This document shows positions 25,501 through 30,904 of a stretch of 64,000 bases of DNA, piece after piece. Below the pieces are notes generated by a model, which had not been told where the DNA came from, ran no database searches, and worked only from the letters and a program-made list of their open reading frames with translations. This stretch comes from Candidatus Omnitrophota bacterium (lineage in GTDB: Bacteria; Omnitrophota; Gorgyraeia; 1-14-0-20-64-10). Made by a program: the position numbers and the translations under genes. The DNA lies in assembly GCA_016201735.1 (NCBI GenBank), contig JACQCH010000011.1, forward strand, positions 1,291 to 65,290, written 5' to 3'. Position 1 is the stretch's first letter. Each line of letters opens with the position of its first letter.

Positions 25501-28500
25501 CTCCAACGGCATCCCAAGAGCTGGGTTTACGGGACGCTGAGGATTATCCCTTCCGCCGGGATGCCAAAGGATCTGAATAATCTGGATAATCCCGTCAACT
25601 GGCAGCCTGCTTATCCAATCAGCTTGAACAGTCTTCAGGTGGCGACCAACGTGGGGCGGCAGGGCACCCTTGAGATGTTGACGCCGGGGATGGTCCGTCC
25701 CGAATTCCGTGAGACGTTCATCCCGGACCTGGAGGCGGCGGGCCGGGCCGCCATGGCGGCGACGGCCAAATACGGGAAGAAATACTGGGACGAGGTATAC
25801 GCGCCGGAGTACATGAAGAAACATGGTGTCGCCCCGCCCGAATTCGACGCGACCGGCGTCCCGTACTGGTGGCCCCGCAACCTCATGCTTGACTTTCTGC
25901 CGGAGCCGGTCTGGGGACGTGACGGCCAAGAGGTGCCTGGTGCCAGGGTGATCGATGTGATTCCCGGAGATCCAAAGAAAGGGACTCAAGCTCGGTTTAC
26001 CCTGCAGGACCCGGAAGGGAACGTCATCGAGAATGGACAAGTTCTCCGGTTCACCTTCTGGTTGTTGGAGCCCAACGTCGGGATCGGTCTCTGGGACCGT
26101 TATTGGAAACGGGAAGAAGTTCACGAAAAGGCCGCCGCCAAGACAGAGAAGCGTCCAGTCGACTGGTCGCGCGTTGGGGTGAGCGACCGGATTGTCTTGA
26201 GCAACTATTTGGCTGTTGGAGAGGCGTTCCTGAAAGCGAAATTTGGGGGTGACTACTTTGGACCGGCCGGGCTGCACCGGGGCGGACCGGATCAGCCTTC
26301 TTCCCCGACTGGAACATCTCCACGGCCGATTGCTCTATGGAATCCTCCTAGCGAGCCCATGTCCCCGCCCGTCGAGGTTCTGTCGGAGCGAGCGGATGAT
26401 AGAGTACAGGAACTCCTTCCGTTTCCCCTGACCCTGGCTGTGGTGGTCGGCAAAGAAACCCTCATGAACCATCACCTTTATCCTTGGATCGTCGGGGCGC
26501 AGGGCCGGGCGGTCAACGTGATCGGTGTCCATGAGGATTGGCTGACTTCCGACGAGCGAGCCGCGCGCTTGATGGCGTTCGACCCTAAGACTCGCCGGTT
26601 GATCGAGTTTTCCGTAGATCAGCCGGTTCCGGTAACCGATGCTTTTATCGTAGAGCTTCCCCAGTCGGATGAAGTGCCTCACCATCAGAGGTTGAGTGAA
26701 CGTCTTAAGAAAGTCGGCATCCACGTGATCAATCTCGCCGGCCCTTCAAAGCAGCGGGCGGATGATAAAAGCTGGCTCCGGCGGCAGATGGACCGTCCGA
26801 TGTCACCGGACCCTGTTGCGGTGCCCCAAAGCATGTTTGTTTCTCGGGGGACTCCAGAGTCGAAGTTTCAGGGGAATCTGTCCTACTTTGCCAAGTGGAG
26901 TCCTTTGGGTTTGGTGATACAGCCTAAGGAAGGAACAACCGAAGGAAAGGGAGTGGAATGGTTCGCTCCGGATGACCGGGCTGGGCAACTCCGTTATCTC
27001 AATCAACTTATCGAACAGCAGGACGCGATGGTAAGCACCTTTCGTGGAAATGTGACGTATCGGGATCGGCCGCTGGTACTTCGGTTCAACGTGGCGGCAG
27101 GTGAAGTCACCTCCGCCTCCGCCGTGGTAGGACCCGAAGGGAGTCGTATCGCTTCTTTGGGCAGGGGCGGTAAAGGTGAAACGGAATTGCTGGGCACGGT
27201 TCTCCAAGGGCTTCAGGATCTTGAGGGAAGACCGGTTCCTGTAACGGCAGAAGATTGGGCTCGACTGGAAACGGCTGCTCGAATCGCCGCAGAAAAAGTG
27301 GATCTGCCGATCATCGGCATTGATCTGGTTCTGGAAAGAGATCCTGCAGGGGTTCTCCGAGGGGTGGTTCTCGAGGCCAACGCCCGGCCCGGTACCTTGA
27401 TTTTCGGTGAGAGAGTGGAATTTCCAGAGGATGGTCCCATCGAAAGCCGCCCCGCCGCGCCGGTCGGCCCCGCTTTCTGGAATTCCATTGGGATCCCGGA
27501 GGCGGAAGTCCCTGTCTCAGCGCAGTCCGCCGGCCTGGAGGAACAGAGGAGCTTTACGATCCGTCAATGGCAGACGATCATATCCAATCCAGACCGGAGC
27601 GGACTCACAGCCCTTGTGGGAAAAATGGTACCGGCCGACCAAGTGGATAAAGAGCTCAAGCATGTAAGAGACCTCGTCGAGCAGGCAGCGGAGAGGAAAG
27701 ATCTATTCAATTTGGAGGACAAGACCTCTCTCGCCTATGCTCCGGGGCGCGTCCGCTTCTACTCGGGCCATACCGATTTCCGTGGGTTGGGAGGGCAGAC
27801 CATTAATGCGGCTGTGCAGCATGGAATCTGGATGCTTGTCCAGTTAACGGAGGATGGCCGGGTGATCGCGGAGAATCTGGATCCCCGATACCGACCTCTT
27901 CGATTTGGCATGACGGACGATGATGCCTTGCCTCCAGAAGGGATTCGGCGGATCCGTCCCGATTGGCTCAACTGGGTTGAGCCGAGGGCGATTTCCGACC
28001 AGTGGGAAGGCCTCTTAAAAGGGACTTTAGCATTTATTCGGACGGAAATTCTAAATTCCGAGAACATCCGGCGCAGTACGCTGGTCGGGAAAGGAGTCCG
28101 CCTCCTAGTTTCGGAAACCGACCTCCCAACAGGGAAGGGCTTCAGCTCTTCTTCGGCGCTGCCGGGAGCGTTCGGCCATGCCTTGAATGCGCTCTTACCG
28201 CTGGAAGCCGGGTTGAGCCCTTCGGATTTGGACCAACTGGATTACGCGAATTACTTGGTGGGAGGTCGAGCGGGCACGGCAGATTTGACAGCGATCAACG
28301 CAGGCCAACTCGGCAAGATCTCAGTGCTCTGGTCTTTCCCGGATCGTTTGGAGGAGGAACCGGTCGGTCTGCCGGAGCGATTCCGTTTCTTCATCGTCGA
28401 CTCCGGTCTGACCAGGCTGGATGATAAGACTCAACCCGTGGAGATCAGAAATTACGCGGCCTACATCAAGTCAATGACCGGAATGGGCTACGCCCTGGGG

Positions 28501-30447
28501 GCCCTTTGGCTTCGGCATTTGGCACGCGCCGATCCGACCCTCGCTCCTCTTGAACAGGTGCTGTTGGCCTCGGGTCCGCCGGCGCAGCCGTTTGGGCTCT
28601 TGCGGGAATTGACGGAGGCTGGAACTTTGATCGGACCCGAGTACGTTTCGATGGTTGGAGGGAAGGATTCGGCTGCTCGGCGGGTTTTTCTTCAACGGTT
28701 AATGAATCGGGTTCCCAACGATTGGACACTAGGGCGACTCTACGAAGAGATCCATGAAGAGGATTTAAGGCCGGAGATGGATCCTTTATTGGCAGGATTT
28801 ACTCCGCTGGGAGCCCATCGTCTTCCCAGTGCACTTGACTCCTTGCGGCTGCAAACTGTTGTCCCATTGCGCCAGATGGTTTCGTATGGGATTCAAGAAG
28901 TGGAGCGGGGCCTGGCTTATGTTAAGGAAGCCCAAGCAGGCGATGCAAGTGGGATCCTCCAACTGATGAGGGACGCCCAGCGTGGAGATCGCGCGGTCTG
29001 GAATTTTCAAGGGGATGGGAGTCTTGCCCTGACTTCTTGGGGAGAGCGGAATCCTGAAGAGGCTTTCTTCCGCAGTCTTCCGGAGATCGATCGAATGATC
29101 GACCAATTCCAGGAGGCTCTTGATGCCCGTTATGGGCCGTTGTCTGTTGCGGGGCGCATTACGGCCGCAGGACTGGGAGGTGCGATTGCGATTGGCACTA
29201 CAGCGGAAGCTTATGAGGAGTCGAAACGTTATTGGAGTCAACAGGGATTGGAGGTGATCGAAGTCCAACCCAGTGGAGGGGCAAGAGCCGTCCATCTGCC
29301 AGCCATGGCTGCTGCCGGGTTGGAGGAAGTTCAAGTGGTTGCCCTTTCGGTGGAGACGACAAAGACCCGATTAAATCAAGTGGCGCAGACACTGGCAAGC
29401 AGCCTGCAATTCCCTGCCCATTTGCTTCAGCCGGCTCTGGATGGGGAATATTACCCGATTTCTGCAGAGGAAATGCTTTTTAAACTCCTTGGGGAGCTGT
29501 GGAGCAACGCCAGAGAACATGTCCCTGTCGAGTTCCAATCCACTGCAAAAATCGAACTCTTGGTTGTCCAAGAACCGATCAATCCCTATCTTCTCCAGAG
29601 GAAGTTGGTTATTCGGTACGCCGATTATAATCCCAAACCCTTTGCCGTTGATATCCGTGGAGCGGTAGAAACACGTGGGGTTACGGAAAAACCATCAGGG
29701 ACTTCTCAAGGGGTTGGCTTGAAGTTGATCCGGGAGATGATCGGAATTCCTAAGGGAGCTTCTATGATGGTTGAATCGACAGATGTCGATGGTGCGCGCA
29801 GGCGTTTTGAGTACCGCCGCTTGGGTGGAACAGTGGAAGAGCTCCCTTCAACTCGTCCCCAAGGGACGGAAATCGTTATTCAGTTGCCGGCAGGTAGCGT
29901 CTCCTCACGCAGTCTCTCGCTGAGAGCGTTGGCCGAACAGATCCGTCATCAACTCTCTCCCCTCTCGGCCGCTGGGCTGGAGGAAAAAGCCGTTGTCAAA
30001 GGCCAGAAGCCGGTGGTTCCGACCCAGGAAATCTCCAAGCTGCTGCAGTTTCCTCCCGGTTCCGAACAGCGCTGGCAGGTGCACATCTTTGATCCGGAGA
30101 ATGCCGATGTCGGTCGGCTGGTCGCTGCCCTGATCCAGGATCCGGTGGTGATCATCGCCAGGGATGAGAAACAGGAAAAGGCCCTTCTCAATTCCGGTTT
30201 TGTCGGGGACGACCGGATCGTAGTGCGTCTGGATCTTCGCAGCAACGACATTGTGAAGGCCCGGGAATTTTCGGCTAATCTTTATCGAGCGCTGTTTTCC
30301 CCGCAGTATTACACGGCTGCTCAGCGGCAGAACCTGGTGGTTTGGTTGGCGAGAATCTTGGAAATCTACAACATTCCGGACTCCATCTTATCTCTGGACG
30401 GTGCTCAAGATAAGCTCAAGTTCTTGGAAGCTCTTCGTGCGGCTTAA
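13600..30447 (+). CDS. giant mosaic multidomain protein 1 (5615 aa; signal peptide, WD40, HEAT-like, UGDH-like, ATP-grasp, GHMP-kinase-like and GHKL ATPase modules separated by a recurring A-A-G-L/M-E-E junction motif)
   Basis: Uninterrupted 16.8-kb ORF, far longer than the longest antisense artefact ORF in this window (2.3 kb), with multiple recognisable domain signatures. The probable true start is ATG 13654 (MKASPRAFVSLLLILTSLTTWTVPSGA, a Sec-type signal peptide). Confidence 0.8.
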   Translation: MRWKNLLLTFKVTNANSPMKASPRAFVSLLLILTSLTTWTVPSGASPEPSRRALRQTQESEQSGSDRQQLTQAITRESNPPSLAAGLEEKFTSYKEFLNDKKEGHQHHLDEREKGKVSPGSMIWHDLLDIQIILPLLGRAAPNWAKKHNADLIGLLQGALIRLTDSYQQYYKQRDPNSQSQWNVRVIQGGNLRSLFEKKLGSATNIKWIHSLGYPGLRVETVRSLLNDQQVDSILFALHGNDPPEVVVFETSSHLIEGAKKGVSVPSYVELGRHLRSLQAKPTGGRALSAYNAARIEDDKHKPPSSAEPRAASTVGRGAGAQGSSSQGPAAPQLSELEKQLNRDLFYPSAGGDLKGSDGFFIFRQRWWRYPYPQREQILKSSGGELWGILQRRFGIGSTYAMQLLEGEEGQRLGQGYAFASKDEVRIFVQDVLPTLQSAAQQLAEKVKGVEENEREGIRSKVYQETVSDILPRIDRNLRDDQELALAIGYLTELIFTGEYKDSRALTGLAEALWQDFQKPWKPAPPESAGPPATPGATQAGLEEEVKVLHGHKGPVRKVAFNTGKRNRGLLASASDGEIRIWDSKGTARRPVFKHEPDEQVLVVAFRRTGSAVLVVGNRSAVSWDVGNNMRFPTRIFYPPELRIDADSLHPDSIALSPGRTSMVIAGKEGAMAVIQNLDPDRKLKGLDKPMGILGQLQPEKGAVLSVAVKPEDPEKVSRGRYMDGWVAALGTSTGTVELWKLLELADPFHNVQIQSRRFLVLQGNSGKIISLAFDPSSKGKILAAGDDQGRIRIWNAMRRSFQEIPLEEKKEILALTFSPDGRILASAGEAGTIQFWDAVTGWPLGFRRPNENQPTKILSLAFNLDGTQVAAGRDDGTILIAGVPVPPVPAAGMEEREKLEWQQRIGQAFKGWEARGLIRSADPFVGGLLQTRREVQNEINELSKQPEYTLAYKSYRPFRQARLGFLQTLSFLLEALGQDPSKSSARIIKRSEPTLEKTGLVWFRLGFPIDGREFQAVLRFHVDDTEYPYLSINIRGQTQAFKIKTMPDKTKQIKIPTPYLQFYTDTSRARWRKNIYYLPGCFNNLPEGAEEPEVLEAFRNFQKGLIEAIQKLPLAPPAAGMEEPLDSDGAFWRLEQYAQKEEVEIRPASFWFDKAGRQMHRRVLELRRSKDPHALPELLKIMDDPSVLDDVRVAAARALIGIPLLDGSDIETALDAVERLSRHNDHPPRPAPALALYDPGSPLSQRRSRFRRQLIGVRNHLISLLQQVPPGPGLSPDQIFERLSPLLQRPPVRVLAVGVVGVAAGRNGILSDETGQVYDHFISLSPVNRLLLLSSLDATQLHEGVLNRLPNWARKGAIPIYVNEEGSSKGRLFLQWVEKERIGPSMALFMDDDPESFRVFPNSWPGTLVYLGRYDPELSQLRPNVIQISRPDEGRPFNRVEIARIAALVEFAKQRFAGSATLQAAASGNVSGQRPVEFLLYQARLTGPAAEDWSPLKAGASAPLGAGLEEAFVTGPAKGFTTKVERVIETGIPVAKRKVGRLLPMKTVWDLAGATMTGGANGLEDLSAEDSSSANRVMEWANDGLRWLNVRSSIPVIQRVWKRLQEEGRRVLPVEMRANHAMTLDFTDEEPAVRLDTTVASELNGREFNAGRPLLYAVGLFHEAAMAAGFTPREAIHLTLGLYQGMTAQERQNLQAILRSIYIDHGNTWALFLQDASDSKSADLNPTEFSGMDTLTLEERLNEEPSSSARGQITAIRNYRDKWVSWLMGQLLIDLPYDRIAFRQAMEEGNVDARRRAAYEVIRDYDRDVEQGNAERMSTVVREEWLPEDLPYPVLVGGRESRAFGNQAQLFANSAYVLKTAEIVHAAQLLLEVARGKELLAELEKIANAAPISAQEELRKAVGRVKELLAHLGPGADRIRQLVFGPGKVVASTQYAGALQQLRENLEIFHSQASKVMEQAKDQVVAASTEGVSRRLPQENLTVGFRETQQRLTEFADKGGRIADAMDQLWKAILQGESYAAAYSVLMQRPSPTGSEKFKANELEEKPEQEEVLRKLTRLGGQNLYMSPSYDWVAEATDIIEAAPLFIYERTIEVDEHTVTVFEVDQEGLEQTVRQMADYWALNIDKTMDSEHLALAREIVVRTNPALMAAAAELMKQGLPEEAAHRRAFQQMEDSGKREVLLNRVALVAAWIASEFDRRIEEVERFTEEQWRKQHFIDRVEALRALLLGDSREPIYTGFCKECISRSQSKAETLRTETDRLQGIVLAQRRPLPAFHMLTTEAPGLVEGFIQVVLEEEMALRNLLRGEGRRLGLDLEQEVKDGMKKYADRIQILGWKVIREFGYEPIVEQYEAQGFSRERAIQQVIGDHLSLQEELARLAVLVEMAEVEAGPGYILDPEDPDHPLVTGRIGKPGRSPDDNYTKSWTHHFEQEAFEQVWQRNKLDPDLAQRITQLRQDGRTEVEAIDGAIEESPLYSQEIKDTVRWLARRRALENLDERHPELHLQDRVRRWYRDHTALARTTARRETVSAHSLHPKMLDPRYAYCSGTIQETKDGRLRPTGGRKRYHLIYANSRVNLGKGEKESVEVLPQWVGVTDPLAAAHGKRFYELINFNPQIRTIVETENLKVSENQWMAMVRAIRNVQAYFVDRLGRGDIEDLAYQFDQRGGLTAAALKQGESYQAGPTAGYCIPKDILFKLFVATHQDAAKLSQIGVPKHLHRGVIQMAVELAAAQENFETVMEWESWAALQLLSQKALEKRFGLDGAKSLGKHFGRYISVTGGIPVFHVTKIRQLLELTGVPSPLLARLQDLHSALWSNWAERKLTLPAEQVNRSVVFTMTRQIPEAAKEAKALNPTAGIVDPDQLRVHFYGTYKGDENYPSQPDVRFAWIMRAVMILSGFGKEVALSLDEEGQILARLAWEGFRPDSNDPEDQKVRRYLAKELAGVPDFELPRDQAIVNRLKEAFPVHTTVGDITITVVPGVSSEDLLGFSSETKELLGNVATQTQELLQSKGISPAQMKADAQQHWTFPQEWVPLNDLSPEEQRGLKEAVAGKIHPLVLRLRGPGDKFLEDLQSQDVVVFSVTHPEIMALDPAHLRDLMLEGHPNSALTALDFVAQGRHRVWFDRDIMNWYAAGRGVDENGQPILNWEERDSKGRQAVYRAFGFGTDDYRPLLGTGLREEVVRQELRAREMFKGFEQVAGASEEDLPRAVQAFQARFGEWFERNQMVTEADLAIQYEQQMLSNRRWKPRDEAVREALVDITTGLPAEKFGKDHWLATGGMFLLNGAPQEQIDRVLAIVHKAQQRMTAPAAAGLEESNPRVALLIKPRLTAAAIRFAERKGEMFSVKASESDAVKAVQRRKGLALEATRLAALKARQEGFNSVEPITEAAQIPQALVSAREQMDQMLAELQTRTSASSIHQHVGRVMGTTVQVLRRLAEELISDEKERERVQDQVKKLCQGREIDLKTWNIFGGSYEDHGILARLFELAGPSRRDEVTAAMELLYLSSVLERTASFLVLPAEEVDERLLLRALAGFFAETIDDHFYEYNPWAFDPKRGLTFKDFYDELGALKPERAEELYQVSWEHHRTLYRYVRHLILTKTEAKNLSIGDQYDLFGQIRLGQSVAQDELIAQAIGAGAPGRYERLWRAYNQTREMVFIRNDGFTLPMVFEKMDPEDPEILDVRHRVNHAFLAPVGRTHYSRALMEAGQLGENLFITRDGEMATPAGAKGPVLQIRDAQFWLTEWQYRQALIRCRGMNPADADRQIAEDQRTGRLTPKGIRAAARFTRPVTIGSVVPMHHHYLEPELVAAGYPATDKSPVLYKVTYDKSIYPEIYNPAERTGVHLPDEIDWYREDTEAAASAPEAKQAIAVALRPFARKHGIIVAKGSAESGARNFKRFDFVDEQGKQFTQQEFEKRLAEAAEFIYQVSTGQNVTIQRAIVVTPIAWMDPKAVQEFVERQIREWAVPVNLQRHPKSWVYGTLRIIPSAGMPKDLNNLDNPVNWQPAYPISLNSLQVATNVGRQGTLEMLTPGMVRPEFRETFIPDLEAAGRAAMAATAKYGKKYWDEVYAPEYMKKHGVAPPEFDATGVPYWWPRNLMLDFLPEPVWGRDGQEVPGARVIDVIPGDPKKGTQARFTLQDPEGNVIENGQVLRFTFWLLEPNVGIGLWDRYWKREEVHEKAAAKTEKRPVDWSRVGVSDRIVLSNYLAVGEAFLKAKFGGDYFGPAGLHRGGPDQPSSPTGTSPRPIALWNPPSEPMSPPVEVLSERADDRVQELLPFPLTLAVVVGKETLMNHHLYPWIVGAQGRAVNVIGVHEDWLTSDERAARLMAFDPKTRRLIEFSVDQPVPVTDAFIVELPQSDEVPHHQRLSERLKKVGIHVINLAGPSKQRADDKSWLRRQMDRPMSPDPVAVPQSMFVSRGTPESKFQGNLSYFAKWSPLGLVIQPKEGTTEGKGVEWFAPDDRAGQLRYLNQLIEQQDAMVSTFRGNVTYRDRPLVLRFNVAAGEVTSASAVVGPEGSRIASLGRGGKGETELLGTVLQGLQDLEGRPVPVTAEDWARLETAARIAAEKVDLPIIGIDLVLERDPAGVLRGVVLEANARPGTLIFGERVEFPEDGPIESRPAAPVGPAFWNSIGIPEAEVPVSAQSAGLEEQRSFTIRQWQTIISNPDRSGLTALVGKMVPADQVDKELKHVRDLVEQAAERKDLFNLEDKTSLAYAPGRVRFYSGHTDFRGLGGQTINAAVQHGIWMLVQLTEDGRVIAENLDPRYRPLRFGMTDDDALPPEGIRRIRPDWLNWVEPRAISDQWEGLLKGTLAFIRTEILNSENIRRSTLVGKGVRLLVSETDLPTGKGFSSSSALPGAFGHALNALLPLEAGLSPSDLDQLDYANYLVGGRAGTADLTAINAGQLGKISVLWSFPDRLEEEPVGLPERFRFFIVDSGLTRLDDKTQPVEIRNYAAYIKSMTGMGYALGALWLRHLARADPTLAPLEQVLLASGPPAQPFGLLRELTEAGTLIGPEYVSMVGGKDSAARRVFLQRLMNRVPNDWTLGRLYEEIHEEDLRPEMDPLLAGFTPLGAHRLPSALDSLRLQTVVPLRQMVSYGIQEVERGLAYVKEAQAGDASGILQLMRDAQRGDRAVWNFQGDGSLALTSWGERNPEEAFFRSLPEIDRMIDQFQEALDARYGPLSVAGRITAAGLGGAIAIGTTAEAYEESKRYWSQQGLEVIEVQPSGGARAVHLPAMAAAGLEEVQVVALSVETTKTRLNQVAQTLASSLQFPAHLLQPALDGEYYPISAEEMLFKLLGELWSNAREHVPVEFQSTAKIELLVVQEPINPYLLQRKLVIRYADYNPKPFAVDIRGAVETRGVTEKPSGTSQGVGLKLIREMIGIPKGASMMVESTDVDGARRRFEYRRLGGTVEELPSTRPQGTEIVIQLPAGSVSSRSLSLRALAEQIRHQLSPLSAAGLEEKAVVKGQKPVVPTQEISKLLQFPPGSEQRWQVHIFDPENADVGRLVAALIQDPVVIIARDEKQEKALLNSGFVGDDRIVVRLDLRSNDIVKAREFSANLYRALFSPQYYTAAQRQNLVVWLARILEIYNIPDSILSLDGAQDKLKFLEALRAA
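15232..16260 (+). other. WD40 beta-propeller module of giant protein 1
   Basis: Repeated WD-like units (LHGHKGPVRKVAF…SASDGEIRIWD; ILAAGDDQGRIRIWNA; ILASAGEAGTIQFWDAVTG; QVAAGRDDGTILIAG). The module is bounded by junction motifs at 15217 and 16267. Confidence 0.7.
21652..21675 (+). other. UDP-glucose/GDP-mannose dehydrogenase-like catalytic Cys motif (AGYCIPKD) in giant protein 1
   Basis: Matches the GGYC(L/I)PKD active-site signature of the NDP-sugar dehydrogenase family. Confidence 0.5.
26700..27430 (+). other. RimK/GshB-like ATP-grasp ligase module in giant protein 1
   Basis: …SRIASLGRGGKGE… and IGIDLVLERDPAGVLRGVVLEANARPG resemble the RimK R-x-N-x-x-x-GG and C-terminal (E/V)NxxPG ATP-grasp motifs. 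Confidence 0.55.
28126..28161 (+). other. GHMP-kinase ATP-binding motif (PTGKGFSSSSAL) in giant protein 1
   Basis: Matches the Px(G/S)xGLGSSAA signature of GHMP kinases (galacto-/mevalonate-/homoserine kinases). Confidence 0.55.
29460..29760 (+). other. GHKL (histidine-kinase-like) ATPase module in giant protein 1
   Basis: N-box-like LGELWSNAREH and G2-box-like SQGVGLKLIREM. The module lies between the junction motifs at 29311 and 29968. Confidence 0.55.
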
Positions 30448-30515
30448 TATGAAGAAGTGGTTTGGGTTAGCGGCAATGCACAGGTTAAAGCGGAGAGATC
30501 GGCGAGACGGAGGAA

Positions 30516-30626
30516 TTAATGAGCGCGTTTTTCCCGCTTACGGGTTCGCCGATCTGCCCAGCCCAGAAAGAGGACAATTAGAATCAGGATTCCTGCGGCT
30601 GCGTAAACTCCCAGAAGCCATTCCAT
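30516..30626 (-). CDS. possible small membrane protein (about 36 aa; MEWLLGVYAAAGILILIVLFLGWADRRTRKREKRAH)
   Basis: Hand-translated minus-strand ORF in the spacer between the giant genes. GGAGAA RBS 8 nt upstream. One TM helix plus a basic tail. Too short for the ORF track. Confidence 0.2.
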   Translation of the reverse strand: MEWLLGVYAAAGILILIVLFLGWADRRTRKREKRAH

Positions 30627-30640
30627 CTATTAGGTTCTCC

Positions 30641-30859
30641 TTATTGGTCGATCCACAGAACCGCTGCAATCAGGGCTACATACATTATCAACCCCAACAA
30701 CAAGATTCGCAACCGGAATGTCTGTCCCAAGACATTGCTCAGCACCCAGGCAACCAAGATGGCGTTGCCCGCATTCAGAAGAGCTTTCGCCAGATTCTCC
30801 TGTTGTTTGCGAGTGAGTCTTACGCTCATAGGGTCATTGTGCATGGTATGAATATACAA
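30641..30859 (-). CDS. possible small membrane protein (72 aa, C-terminal TM helix)
   Basis: ORF in the lower-GC inter-giant spacer. C-terminal hydrophobic segment LLLGLIMYVALIAAVLW. Divergent from giant ORF 2. Confidence 0.3.
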   Translation of the reverse strand: MYIHTMHNDPMSVRLTRKQQENLAKALLNAGNAILVAWVLSNVLGQTFRLRILLLGLIMYVALIAAVLWIDQ

Positions 30860-30904
30860 AATTTTATCAAAAATATCAATAACAAAAAGGGAGAGAAAAT
30901 TTTC

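Noticed and set aside
30401-30904. ORF-track extension of giant ORF 2 back to 30401, overlapping the end of giant ORF 1
   Set aside because: The upstream part translates to non-protein-like sequence across a lower-GC spacer. ATG 30905 has an RBS and encodes a clear signal peptide. The two giant ORFs are in different frames with a stop at 30447, so they are not a single fused gene.
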